Position numbers and translations under genes: made by a program. The notes beneath the pieces are model-generated. The model did no database searches. It saw nothing but the letters and a program-made list of their open reading frames with translations, and was not told the DNA's origin. From Cladosporium halotolerans (taxonomy: Eukaryota): 64,000 nt of DNA. Location: NCBI RefSeq assembly GCF_011745625.1, contig NW_027191456.1:1-64000 (forward strand), in the 5' to 3' direction. Of the stretch, positions 13,901 through 24,993 are shown one piece after another (positions within the stretch are counted from its first letter, which is position 1; the number at the start of each line of letters is the position of its first letter).

Positions 13901-14142
13901 CTCAAGCCGTCGGCGGTGGCTTCGACTTCCGCAAGAACCGCACAAGCTCCGGCGGTATGGGCGAAAAGGCGCGGAGCGGGCAGGAAGTCGAAGGCAGTGG
14001 GCGAGGCGGTGGTGGTGCCTATGACATGGCGTAATTGCAGGCCCGGCTCGTCGGGCTTCGGGAATCTGGTGGGCGAGCGAGGCGAGGTGTTTTTGTGGAA
14101 GGGCGAGTTGGAGGGCGTCAGCCGCAAGGCGTGGTGGTTCAT
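10951..14142 (-). CDS. WD40-repeat protein of WDR62/MAPKBP1 type with low-complexity S/P-rich C-terminus
   Basis: ORF of ~1060-1094 aa with many WD-like repeats (ALSPNGKWLALGETG, FSPDSRFLASLG, WGHTEGITDV, TIFIWD); likely start MNHHALRLTP at 14142. Confidence 0.8.
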   Translation of the reverse strand: MNHHALRLTPSNSPFHKNTSPRSPTRFPKPDEPGLQLRHVIGTTTASPTAFDFLPAPRLFAHTAGACAVLAEVEATADGLSTKQRFYRARPTPPGIARDGGATPTPSDPRHRALGFVREQSVGGSPLASAGRDWSDSPSGRSTTAKDRVKAATSVALSPNGKWLALGETGYKPRIAIFSLADDSSDSPVATISEHSFGVHALRFSPDSRFLASLGTVNDGFLYIWSIDEKSGAPGLHASNKLTTVTNVIAWVGDALVTAGLRFIKVWRPDDDANLDLRSPEMVSNPSFLAPKQRTDTRASDYGNSILTPRHKTLAGKNTLLNDLLECNFVAVVPVSDSEAIVCADSGEICTLNDRDKVQSLTLVANANFSVSAARVDDNGVVQVLGSEGCVKTLQPSEYSQPERPPSRSRRQTVLPARSGSTGASSTVATAALGPVTVELDSERVLTLRNADDQSFTQLAAHKEAVQGVTLFRSDALPSARFLTFSANGLVQFWDASGGLDAFLNIPVPPAPSAQSACNELKSVAPFFSGALIASGDKYGVLSVADVKTKSIVTQVRAHSAEIMDLCAFQIDGVDFLATAGRDRMSQLFMWKDEQLSLVQTMDEHAGAVTGVLYDDVERRLITHSADRSIVVREVMFREQGIVESLAFVMLRAITVKTSPTSMCLAGEGELLIATVDRCIGRYKIKNGQCASSFKCSDAEGGEAAVISKVLYAPSLNGNPAIAGVASSDKSVRLYTETGSLIARDWGHTEGITDVALLPPDEHSPTSRLVTVAADSTIFIWDTVLASPNPTSDPNGGGLGIVLETPSTTNSSNDTSLLNLNPPLRKILSHSDLSRHHRRLKQPTPSDAEPSSPTSTSTAAVPPKSPQRLRKKPSRIATTPRLEPAFLSVFPPDSPLRNRSPSPPSPRNPSSNSSRPRDRAQTATTTAASSKRRTSLATTLRGPTGRSTDSLALAAPPGSNKAAERSPTATVSVGSGPASLAGATESIARSLRSYRKKLAQQQQSAAVLPPAGLADVERELRATLRVLEARKGEGGGGENGVDAVAGALGVVRLGAVEGEGEGR

Positions 14143-15712
14143 CCTGGGTTGCGCCGTCTTCGACTGTGCCAGGGCGATCGAGGATAGTGCCAGCTCAGCA
14201 GCATCACCGTCATTGCTCGGCGGCGAGCATGTCAATGGCGTGTGAGGGGTGAAAGGTGGGTGTTTTGAGGGTGGAATGCGGATTTGGTGGCCTGGAAACA
14301 GCAGTCACAACTCGGCGAGGAGCTCTCACCGTGCGATGGTGAAGGCGGGCTTCAATTCGACTTGCCGTGCATATCCTCAGTCGTGTTTACACATGGTTGT
14401 GCAGCTCGTGAAAACGACACCGTTGTCTCAGTGGCAGTCTCAGAGGGCTTGCGCAGGCCTTACCGTTTCCCACGACGACCAAAATCAACACAGCGCGCAG
14501 AGAGACACGCCCTCGACGCCAACGCCAACGCCGCCATCGCGAACCCACCGAGACCCGAGCTGGCGGGCGCGTTGTTTAGACGCGAAGCTTAGGCCACTTT
14601 GTCTGCACACTGCTGCAAAGGTGGCGCCTCCTTCGTGAGCCGCATTGCTTGGAAGGCGATGGGATGGTGGGCTTGATATGGCACTACCGGCAATGCACCG
14701 GAGTAATTAAGGCAGCTCGCGCGCGGGATACACAGAAACACGCAGGCTGCTGAGCTGAGACCGACCCCCTGCGCCGGGAAAAATGGTGGCACGCGAGCAG
14801 CACGAGATGCGCGACGGGCGACGGTGCTGGCGCCTCTATTATCCGACCATCTCGCGCCGGCGGCCCCTCATGCCTGCGGCAGCCCGTCGCCGGTCGAGCT
14901 GGTGCGCCGGTGGGGCTCTGAGGACGGCGGCGGCGGCTCGCACGACAGGGCGATGTCACCATGAGCGAGGCAAACACCACCCCGTCGCGCCTCGCGGTCA
15001 CGATAATGGTCAGCTATGTCAGCCCAGACAACGTGCCACCCTCTCCCACTTCTCCGCACCCTCTCGGCAGCGAGTGCTCGGGAGCAGAGGCCAGTCTGGC
15101 GCAGGCGGATGAGCGGATGACGATGATCCAGCCCTTGGCGCTGAACCCGGCCCAGCCAGGGCTCCAGCTCCCCGCACCGCGCAGCACGAAGGATGATCTG
15201 TTGCTCTGCGCGCCCGCCGCGCCATGATGATTGTCGCAGGTGGCCCGCCGCCGCACGACACCTTAATAGCAAGCACAATGGCCGCCGCTGGCTTGGGGCG
15301 AGCAGAGGTGGCAGCCGCACAGCTACACCACCGCGCCAGAGCCCGTCGTCCGCAAGCAACACCGGCAAACACCATCCGTAGCCACTATAAACAGCCATCG
15401 CAGACACCCAAGCGCAGACGCACCCAGCCCGAACCGAGCTGGCCCAACTCCATTGACCCGCCGCATCCAGGGACTAGCGGAACAAGCCCAGGGTAGGCAG
15501 AGAGCAGAGGCCCGAGGACCACCACTCGGCACCCGCGTTATTAGATCGTCCACTGCTGCTGCCCTCACGCTCCGGCCTCGCAGTCTACCTTACCTTACCT
15601 TTGCGACTTTGCTGTCGACCTTCACCCTATCTCCCTTTTACCCCTCCCCCACCGCTTCGACGCTGCTCTCGGCCACGCCAGCGCAGTCCACAAGCCAAAT
15701 CGCCCACTCTCC

Positions 15713-15737
15713 ACCCCACCACCACCACCACCACCAC
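15713..15737 (+). repeat. (CAC)n microsatellite upstream of the acetyl-CoA synthetase start
   Basis: caccccaccaccaccaccaccaccacac directly visible. Confidence 0.7.
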
Positions 15738-15770
15738 ACAGATTAGCGCGTCGACAACACCACCGCCAGA

Positions 15771-17914
15771 ATGTCTGAAGAGCAGGCACCGCCCACCGGC
15801 GCCATCCCTGAGTCCGGCACCGTGCCGACTTACGACATCCCCAAAGCTTTCTTCGAGTGAGTAGTGCCCCGCAGCGCGCGCGCCGACCAGACGAGCGCGA
15901 AATCCCCAGAAAGCCGAAGCAGAAGCTGACTTGGAGCTCCAGCAAGCACGGAAAGCCCCACCTCCAGAACCTAGATGAGTACAAGCAGCTGCACAAACAA
16001 TCTATCGAGGACCCCGAGAAGTTCTGGGGCGACAGAGCTCACGAGCTGCTGTCATGGGAGAACGATTTCCACAAGACACACTCCGGCACTCTCGCCGGCG
16101 GAGACAACGCCTGGTTCCACGGCGGTAGGCTCAATGCCTCATACAACTGCGTGGACCGCCACGCTTTCAAAGACCCCAACAAGCCTGCGATCATCTACGA
16201 GGCGGATGAGCAGCAGGGCGGTCGCACAATCACCTACGGCGAGCTCATGGCCCAGGTGTCGCAGCTCGCGTGGGTGCTCAAGCAGATGGGCGTGAAGAAG
16301 GGTGACACCGTCGCTCTCTACATGCCCATGATTCCCGAAGCTGTTGTCTCGTTCCTTGCTTGCTCCCGCATTGGCGCCATTCACTCCGTTGTTTTTGCCG
16401 GTTTCAGCTCCGACTCTCTGCGTGACCGCATTATCGACGCGCAGTCCAAGGTTGTCATCACCACCGACGAGGGCAAGCGTGGCGGCAAGACCATCGGTAC
16501 TAAGAAGATCGTGGACGACGCTCTCAAGCAGTGCCCCGATGTTACTCACTGCCTTGTCTACAAGCGCACCGGCACCGAGGTGCCTTTCACCGAGGGTCGC
16601 GACCTCTGGTGGCACGAGGAGGCCGAGAAGTGGCCTTGCTACTACCCTCCCGAGCCCGTGGACTCGGAGGACCCCCTCTTCCTCCTCTACACCTCCGGCT
16701 CGACCGGCAAGCCCAAGGGCGTCATGCACACGACTGCAGGCTACCTGCTCGGCGCGGCCATGACGGGCAAGTACGTCTTCGACATTCACGACTCGGACGT
16801 GTTCTTCTGCGGCGGCGACGTCGGCTGGATCACCGGCCACACGTACGTCGTCTACGCGCCGCTCGTCCTCGGTGTCGCGACCGTTGTCTTCGAGGGAACG
16901 CCCGCGTACCCCGACTTCAGCAGGTACTGGGAAGTGTGCGAGAAGCACGGTGTCACCCAGTTCTACGTCGCTCCCACCGCGCTCCGCCTACTCAAGCGCG
17001 CCGGCGACGAGCACGTCAAGCACGAGATGAAGACGCTCAGAGTCCTCGGCTCCGTGGGCGAGCCCATTGCCGCTGAGGTCTGGAAGTGGTACCACGAGGT
17101 CATCGGCAAGGAGGACGCACACGTCGTTGACGTGAGTAGATTCTGTCCCTATCCAACCCCCCAAACAGTCAGCTAACATCCCCCACAGACCTACTGGCAA
17201 ACCGAGACCGGCTCGCACGTCATCACGCCCCTCGCCGGAATCACTCCCACAAAACCCGGCTCCGCCTCCCTCCCCTTCTTCGGCATCGAGCCCGCGATCA
17301 TCGATCCAGTCTCCGGCCAGGAAATCCACGGCAACGACGTCGAAGGCGTGCTCGCCTTCAAGCAGCCGTGGCCGTCGATGTGCCGCACCGTCTGGGGCGC
17401 GCACAAGCGCTACATGGACACGTACCTCAACGTCTACAAGGGCTACTACTTCACGGGCGACGGCGCGGCGCGCGACTGCGACGGCTACTACTGGATCCGC
17501 GGGCGCGTCGACGACGTCGTCAACGTCTCGGGCCACCGCCTGTCGACCGCGGAGATCGAGGCGGCGCTCATCGAGCACGCGGCCGTCGGCGAGGCCGCCG
17601 TCGTCGGCATCAATGACGAGCTGACGGGCCAGGCCGTCAACGCTTTCGTCTCCATCAAGGACGGCCACGAGCAGAGCGAGGAGCTGCGCAAGGAGCTCAT
17701 CCTGCAGGTGCGCAAGTCGATCGGGCCCTTCGCGGCGCCCAAGGCGGTCTTCTGCATTCCCGACCTGCCCAAGACGCGCTCGGGCAAGATCATGAGGCGG
17801 ATTTTGAGGAAGATCCTCGCGGGCGAGGAGGATCAGCTGGGCGACACGAGCACGCTGAGCGATCCGAGCGTGGTGGATAAGATCATTGAGACTGTCAAGG
17901 CGGGGAGGAAGTAG
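15771..17914 (+). CDS. facA: Acetyl-CoA synthetase (AMP-forming), 3 exons
   Basis: [14 protein letters not shown]-binding signature, [19 protein letters not shown]; introns 15858-15942 and 17132-17189. Confidence 0.97.
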
Positions 17915-18888
17915 ATGGTGGGGGGGAGTATCATGATATGTGATGCGATCTGGTCCGTTGGATCTAATGGCGAGCGAGCACACGAGATGATGAGACGAGA
18001 TGAAGATGAAGATTGGTCGGTTGCAGATTTCCTTGGATGATTTTAACGTCGGAGTACCTCAGTCAGTCATGTCCATACCTTTGTTTGTTGTTACGAAGTC
18101 ATTTTCCTTTTGCACATTTGGATAGAATCCGGCCGACCTGAACAACGTCACCTCGTACCGATCTGTCATCGACAGCCCGGCGCTCAAAAGCCCCAAGCTG
18201 ACCTCCGCTGGGCGTGACCCTGACTGACCCCACGCGCTTTCGCTCTCGCGTGCACCAGCTCCGCTGTTCCTCAGGTACGTCTGGAGACGGCACAAGCTTC
18301 ATTGAACTCCGTCACGTCACAGTAGGTACCGAATTGCTCGCACTCGCAGGGTCAATTCCGCTGTCTTAGACAATTCTCAAGACTCGCAATGGCATCACAT
18401 CGTACGATTCGAAACCGTACAAGTTCTCCATGTGGGCTCGAGGCATTGGCAACGGCTATGGCGTGACTGGATTTAATGCGTGCTGCTACCGAAACTTACT
18501 GAGCACCTAGGGCGGGACCACGACGCGATGACTAAAGGAGCAGAGCTGGAATAAGTTTGTAGTCACCGGCTGAGTACCTTCGTATTAAATTGTACTTGAG
18601 CTGTCGTGAATGCTACGGTGCCAAGCAGGTACCTTAGGCAGTCGGAACGACAAAGACACCACAGAGATCATTTGGAAGCCGCTTCTTACCTCACTTTCTC
18701 GCACGGCTTCGCAGTCCGTCCACTCACTCTACGCGAAGCGAAACCACTCTCAGCCCGCAAAAAGCGAGACGACACTTCCTCGCCGCGCCCTCGATCCACA
18801 CACACCATCCAGTCCCGCCGCACGCGCCGCCAACCCAAACCAAACGACACAAAAAACGCCGTCCTCCCTCCACTGCAAACCCGCAAAA

Positions 18889-19932
18889 ATGCTCCCCAGC
18901 ACATTCCACGCCCTCCGCCTCCCCCCCTCCCCCCCTTACACCCCCTCCTCGCCCGCGCCTCCCACCGCCCTGCACCTAACCCCCCTCCCCCTCCCAACCC
19001 CAACCCTCCCAACCCACCTCCTCATCCGCGTACACGCCACAACCGTAATCCGCGACAACCTCTCCTGGCCCGAGCTCTACGCCCCTCGCCCCGCCGAGCC
19101 CGCACACATGGGGAACGACTACTCCGGAACGGTCGTCGCAGTCCATCCCGAAGCTGACCCCCGAGGGGAGTGGAGAGTCGGGGACGCGGTGTGCGGGATG
19201 CTGGGCGCGGAGAAGGGCGGGGCGTGGGCGGGGTACGTCCTCGCAGACGTTGAGGAGGGGGAGGTAGGGAGGGTGCCGGCGGGGCTGGGATGGGGGGAGG
19301 CCGCGGCGTTGCCGTTGAGCGGGATGACGGGGGAGCAGGCTGTTTTTGAGCATGGGGGGTTGCGGTGGGGTGGAAGGCAGGAGAGGAAGAGGAAGAAGAG
19401 GGTGCTCGTGACGGGCGCGGCGGGGGGAGTGGGGATGTTTGTTGTTGGGTTTGCGGTTGCGGCGGGGTGTGAGGTTGTGGGCGCTGTGAGGGATGAAGGG
19501 CGGGATGGGGAGTTTGTGAGGGAGTTGGGGGTGGCGGAGGTTATTGAGTATGCGGATCTGGAGTCTGGTGGTTGTGAGGAGTTCGATGTTGTGATTGATA
19601 CGGTTGGGGGAGAGGTGTTGCGGGCTTCTTGGGGAGTTGTGAAGGCTGAGGAGGAGGCGAGGTTGGTTTCGGTTGATTCGGGGAGTTGGGATTTCGTGCG
19701 GGCGCATGGGGAGGAAGGGCTTTCGAAGGGAAAGGAGATGGTCAAGGCGTTATTTTTCATTGTTGAGCCTTCGGCAGAGAGCATGAGGAGGGTGGCGGAG
19801 GCGGTGGAGAAGAAGTGGATTAAGCCGCTTGTGGCGAGGCAGTTCCCCTTTGCGCAGGCGAGGGAGGCATACGAGTTGGTGTGTAATAGAGGGGTGAGTG
19901 GGCGTGGGAAAGCTGTGCTTGTGATGGAGTGA
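18889..19932 (+). CDS. MDR-family NADPH:quinone oxidoreductase/enoyl reductase-like protein
   Basis: GNDYSGTVV, AAALPLSGMT, VLVTGAAGGVG, FDVVIDTVGG, RGKAVL; likely start MLPSTFHALR at 18889. Confidence 0.88.
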   Translation: MLPSTFHALRLPPSPPYTPSSPAPPTALHLTPLPLPTPTLPTHLLIRVHATTVIRDNLSWPELYAPRPAEPAHMGNDYSGTVVAVHPEADPRGEWRVGDAVCGMLGAEKGGAWAGYVLADVEEGEVGRVPAGLGWGEAAALPLSGMTGEQAVFEHGGLRWGGRQERKRKKRVLVTGAAGGVGMFVVGFAVAAGCEVVGAVRDEGRDGEFVRELGVAEVIEYADLESGGCEEFDVVIDTVGGEVLRASWGVVKAEEEARLVSVDSGSWDFVRAHGEEGLSKGKEMVKALFFIVEPSAESMRRVAEAVEKKWIKPLVARQFPFAQAREAYELVCNRGVSGRGKAVLVME

Positions 19933-21231
19933 CGAGAGGTCGATAAACCAAATAGAATGTAGGAATCTCATTGTCTCCAAAGTGGGAAGTGGATTCGATT
20001 GAATGAGACGTGTATTTGGCTAGGGTTCTTGGAAGACGGACAGATTTTGTGACTGATTTGATATGTGTTGCAGATGACGGATGCAGGTAAGCATTCAATT
20101 TCCTTCTGTCCGTGGTTGAGGCTTCGTGAATCCAAATAATTCTCCTGTCAGCTCGAAAGCGCCAGGGATTTAGGTAAGTATCTTGTTATGCAGTTGTCGT
20201 AAGTATAAGCCAACACTAATACTCTCTACATGACAAGAGTGCAAATATTCAGACTGAGACATTGCTTTCCGGGGACTTGGGACGGTCAACATGTATGGGT
20301 GGTCGGACGGGTAACTATGCAGCTGCACGTGGTCGGAACCGAAGAACAAAAGTCGGGAGTGCATTGCGGACTTGGAAGTCAGTTGCAGAGATGGATGGCG
20401 TGTCTGCGCGTCTCGCGTGCGACGAATCTGTCAGCGAGGCCGCGGAAGGCTTAAGTCCGACGTGGTGACTTCATGATCTGGATGGCGAATGCGCATTTGT
20501 GTTCTGATAAGACGCCTTCTAGTGCGGACAAGATGGAAGTCGGCGTGATGGTGGTGCTCGCGGTAGACGACCAAGCAAAGGGACGCGTACTCCAGGCGCG
20601 GCCGCGGCTTGGCACAAAGCGAAGTGCAGCGCGGGCGGGCGGCGGATAGGGTTTAGCGCTGAAGAAGCGCGGAGCAGGCTCAGCACAGATGGCGGGCTTG
20701 AAGTTCCTCCCGTCGCCAGTCGGAGAGTTGACGGCCGGCCGTTGCGGCAGGAACGCCGGTGCTATTCTTGTTGCAGTAGTGAATGCCTGCCACAGCACAC
20801 ACGGCATTCGTGCCTACACACAACCAGCACACAACAATTGCTACAATAATATTCAAACAAAGCGACTCGTCCACAAATAGCGCTCACGTGGCTGCACCAG
20901 CTCTTTCTCCTCAGCCGCCGCATCATCGTCGCGCGCGCGCCCAGCCATCTGCTAAGCCACCCTCCGCGTAGAGTACGTGATCGCAGCCCTGCCCGGGAGT
21001 CCGCTGCATCCGCCCTGCACTTGGCGGCAACGCCTCGACCCTCCTCCTCCCCGTCCATATCGCCTCCCTCACACTCGTTACATCGCTTCCATTTCTTCAC
21101 GCCCGTTTCGCCCTAATTTCGCTTTGCATCCTGTTGCAATACCCGGCGGTCTCTCTGCTTTGCCACGACTGCTGCATCCGCCGCGCATCCTCCCTGGATA
21201 GACGACGACCCCCCCGACTCTCAGCGCCACC

Positions 21232-23697
21232 ATGCGCTTCTCTACCCTCCTCTCTGCCGCTGCAGCCCTCGTCGCGCCCGTGGCAGAGGCCAGCAGTAGC
21301 ATACGAAATCCCATCTCAGCCCTCTCCGAAGTACACAACGCCACCATCCACACCTCCAATCATCGTATACACGCCCTGTCGCACTTCGACCTCACCTTCA
21401 ACATCCGAGATGAGCTGCACGTCAAGTTCAGCCTCGAACCCAACCATGACATTCTCGGCGAGAATGCCATGATCACACACCTCGCGCCCGACGGTAGCGT
21501 ACGGCATTCCGAGAAGGCGGATAGGATGAAGCACAAGGTCTTCAAGGGCAAGTCGTTCGTGAAGCGGTTGAGCAAGAAGGAGGACCGATGGGAGCAGGTT
21601 GGTTGGGCACGCGCTTTGGTTAGCAAGGATGGCGAGACGCCTCTTTTTGAGGGCGCCTTCTCTGTCCACAGGGATCATCACCACATTCAGACATCGCATA
21701 ACTACCTTCGCACACGGCACATGTACGACCCGGAGATCAACCGCGCGGAACCTGGGAAGGAGTACTTGGTCATGTGGCGCGACTCTGATATTCTTCCTAC
21801 CGAGTCTGGATTCATGCACCAGGAATTGAAGCGTGGACTGGACGAGGGAAATGAGACGGCTAGCTGTTATGCCGATGGACTCGGATTTAACACCCACCCT
21901 GACCACCCGGTCTACGCTGCCATGCGTAAGCGATCTGAGTCTTCCTTTGGTGCTATGGACTTCTCCAACATCTTCGGTCTCAGCAAGAGACAAAGCGACC
22001 AAACTGGAGGACGCGGTGCCGTCGTGAATTTGGAGAGCACTATCGGACAAACTGCCGGCTGCCCTTCGACACGTAAGGTTGCCCTTGTCGGTGTGGCAAC
22101 GGACTGCACTTACACTGGCGAGTTCAATTCTACCGAGAGCACTCGTGAGAATGTCATCTCATCAATGAACACCGCCTCTGCCGTTTGGGAAAACACTTTC
22201 AACATTTCTCTCGGTCTAGCCAACCTGACCATCTCCGATGCCGAATGCCCGGGTACTCCTCCTCAGAACACCCCATGGAACCAGGGCTGCAGCGATAGTG
22301 TGGACATTCAGGACCGTCTTAACCTCTTCTCAGCTTGGCGTGGCCAGCAACGTGATAGCAACAGCCACTGGACCCTCCTTTCAACCTGCAACACTGGATC
22401 TGCCGTCGGTCTTGCTTGGCTCGGCCAGGCTTGCGTCAACGAGGCCATGGATTCCAACTCATCCACCACCGGCAGCGGCCAGGCCGATTCAGGTCAAGAG
22501 ACTGTCGCTGGAGCCAACGTTGTCGTCCGCACTCGAGGTGCCTCCGAGTGGCAAGTCATCGCCCACGAGACCGGCCACACCTTTGGTGCCGTGCACGACT
22601 GTGACTCGCAAACCTGTGCTCAACAGAACACCGTCTCTGCTCAACAGTGCTGCCCTCTCAGTGCCAACACCTGCGACGCCGGTGGCCAATACATCATGAA
22701 CCCATCCAGCCGACAAGGCATCGAAGACTTCTCCCCCTGTTCCATCGGCAACGTTTGCAGCGCCATCGGCCGCAACAGCGTCAACACCGACTGTCTCAGC
22801 AACAACCGCGACGTCGAAACCATTACCGGCCAGCAGTGCGGCAACGGCATCGTCGAAGGCGACGAGCAATGCGACTGCGGCGGCGAAGAAGGCTGCGGCG
22901 ACAACAATTGCTGCGACGCCGCCACCTGCACCTTCAAGAATAACGCTGTCTGCGACGACTCCAACGAAGACTGCTGCCGCAACTGCCAGTTCGCCTCCCA
23001 GGGCACCGTCTGCCGCGAGAGCACCGGCGACTGCGACCCGCAGGAAGTCTGCCCGGGCGACGCCGCCCTCTGCCCCGCCGACACGCACTCCGACGACGGC
23101 ACCTCCTGCGGCTCCGGCCTGCAGTGCGCCTCGGGCCAGTGCACCTCGCGCGACGCGCAGTGCAAGTCCGTCATGGGCAGCTACACGCAGGGCAACGAAA
23201 CCTACGCCTGCGACTCCTCGTCCTGCGTCATCAGCTGCGGCTCGCCCGAGTTCGGCCCCAACGTCTGCTACAGCATCCAGCAGAACTTCCTCGACGGCAC
23301 CGACTGCTCCGGCGGCGGCACGTGCCAGAACGGCCGCTGCCGCGGCGCCTCCGTCGGCGGCCAAGTCTCCTCCTGGATCGACGACCACAAGGCCATCGTC
23401 ATCGGCGTCTGCTGCGCCGTCGGCGGCCTCATCCTCATCGCCATCCTGTCCTGCTGCATCTCCCGCTGCCGCCGCCGCAGAGCCTTCAAGAAGCAGGTCC
23501 CCGCGCCGCCCGCGCCGCCTCCCGGAGGCTGGCAGGGCTGGCAAGGCAGGCCGCAGCAGCAGATGGCGCAGCACGGGGGCGGGTACGCGGCGCCCAACGG
23601 CCAGGGCTGGTATAATGGCCCGCAGCAGGGGGCGGCCGGGTGGAATACGCCGCCGCCGCCGCCGCCGGCTTATTCGGGCCGGCCGCGGTATGCTTAG
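21232..23697 (+). CDS. ADAM-family (M12B) metalloprotease-disintegrin, type I membrane protein
   Basis: Signal peptide, prodomain ending in KR, HETGHTFGAVHD zinc motif with Met-turn (YIMNP), CGNGIVEGDEQCDCG disintegrin domain, Cys-rich/EGF region, TM helix, Pro-rich tail; single exon. Confidence 0.95.
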   Translation: MRFSTLLSAAAALVAPVAEASSSIRNPISALSEVHNATIHTSNHRIHALSHFDLTFNIRDELHVKFSLEPNHDILGENAMITHLAPDGSVRHSEKADRMKHKVFKGKSFVKRLSKKEDRWEQVGWARALVSKDGETPLFEGAFSVHRDHHHIQTSHNYLRTRHMYDPEINRAEPGKEYLVMWRDSDILPTESGFMHQELKRGLDEGNETASCYADGLGFNTHPDHPVYAAMRKRSESSFGAMDFSNIFGLSKRQSDQTGGRGAVVNLESTIGQTAGCPSTRKVALVGVATDCTYTGEFNSTESTRENVISSMNTASAVWENTFNISLGLANLTISDAECPGTPPQNTPWNQGCSDSVDIQDRLNLFSAWRGQQRDSNSHWTLLSTCNTGSAVGLAWLGQACVNEAMDSNSSTTGSGQADSGQETVAGANVVVRTRGASEWQVIAHETGHTFGAVHDCDSQTCAQQNTVSAQQCCPLSANTCDAGGQYIMNPSSRQGIEDFSPCSIGNVCSAIGRNSVNTDCLSNNRDVETITGQQCGNGIVEGDEQCDCGGEEGCGDNNCCDAATCTFKNNAVCDDSNEDCCRNCQFASQGTVCRESTGDCDPQEVCPGDAALCPADTHSDDGTSCGSGLQCASGQCTSRDAQCKSVMGSYTQGNETYACDSSSCVISCGSPEFGPNVCYSIQQNFLDGTDCSGGGTCQNGRCRGASVGGQVSSWIDDHKAIVIGVCCAVGGLILIAILSCCISRCRRRRAFKKQVPAPPAPPPGGWQGWQGRPQQQMAQHGGGYAAPNGQGWYNGPQQGAAGWNTPPPPPPAYSGRPRYA

Positions 23698-24993
23698 TTG
23701 TTAGAATTTGGATACTCTTGTTTTGTTTGTTAGATATTGGGCGTGGCGTTCTTTGTGTTTATCTTTTGGTTTCTTCGTCGATCTAGCTTTTATTCTTTTT
23801 TTTTTCATTTTTCGGTTTCGGGATCTATTACACGCGCCGCTGAGGGAGAAAAGGACTCGCGCGCTCTGACGACTTTGTTTGCTTACTTGCTCTTTTCTCT
23901 TTCCGAAGATTGCATGTCGCATGGCGCTTTTCTTTACATCTTTTATTGGATGGGCATTCACTTGGATTTGAGCTTGATATCATAGCTGGTGGTCGCCACG
24001 GTATTGCCACCGAAGACGGAAGGGAGAGGAATGGAAGGAAGACTCGAGAGTCAGACACAAACCCATTAGGGAGGATTGAAAGGAAAGCGGAGTGAAAGTG
24101 AAAAGGGGTTGTCGATATATACCTTACCTTATATATACCTGGCTACAAATTTATAGGTGCGGCCGGTTATGAATCCAAAGGAAAGATTTCAGACCCTGTG
24201 CGTTACGAGGCGCTTTTCCTTCCCTGTCCTTTGTGTTTGGGTGAGCGTCGTTCATTTGCGGTGGATGTGGTGGTGGCAGCCGTTTCATGTTCGCTTCGCA
24301 TTCATCACGGCAGGGCGTGCTCTGCTTAGACAGAGTATGTGATTAGTCCAAGGTTACCAGAGCAGAACATTGGAACCGGGCAACAAGAGAAGATGAAGAG
24401 AACTCGCGAGGCACCATATGTGGAGACATGGAAGGGTTTGGATGAGGCTTGGTGGCTTGATTTGGTTGCCGACAATTACGGCTGCAATATATGGGCCTGA
24501 TGACTTTCGAATCGAACGAAAAGATCAAGGCCAGACCCTGCACTCCGCCCGAGCTCGTCAGGTCCCCTTGTTCTTTATGTTGTTGGGTCGGCGCCGGTTT
24601 TTCGGATTCGACGTGAATGGAGCTTCCTAAGCATTCGCACCGAAGCAGAGAGGAGATGGGGAAAGAAGATGGAAATGTGCTTTGATGAGTCCGTTTGCGG
24701 GAAGGTAAGGAAAGTTTGCAGGGCATAAGAGAACCTATCTCTAATCTCCAGATCTGGCTCGCTTTGCTTTCATCAAGCACCCTCGTCCGGTGAAAACCGG
24801 TCTCGGAAACTGTCGACGTGATCCGTCACCTCTCGGCCATCATAGCCGTCCTCCCACCACTCCCGGGCGACTTGGTCTCCGCAAACACGGCGTTGCTCTT
24901 TCGCGTTTCTCTCTGATCGCCCAGCAACCTCTTCATGGCGGCTGTATGGCGCGCTCAACTTCTCCAGCGCGACTTGCTCTCCCTAACACCGTG

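Noticed and set aside
14250..15700. Many overlapping GC-rich ORFs
   Set aside because: Divergent promoter region of the WD40 gene and facA; ORFs are expected by chance at this GC content.
18610..18888. 93-aa N-terminal extension of the MDR ORF
   Set aside because: Low-complexity and UTR-like; the ATG at 18889 has good context (aaaATG) and matches the expected domain start.
22489..23574. 361-aa Ala/Val/Gly-rich minus-strand ORF
   Set aside because: Antisense shadow of the Cys-rich ADAM region.
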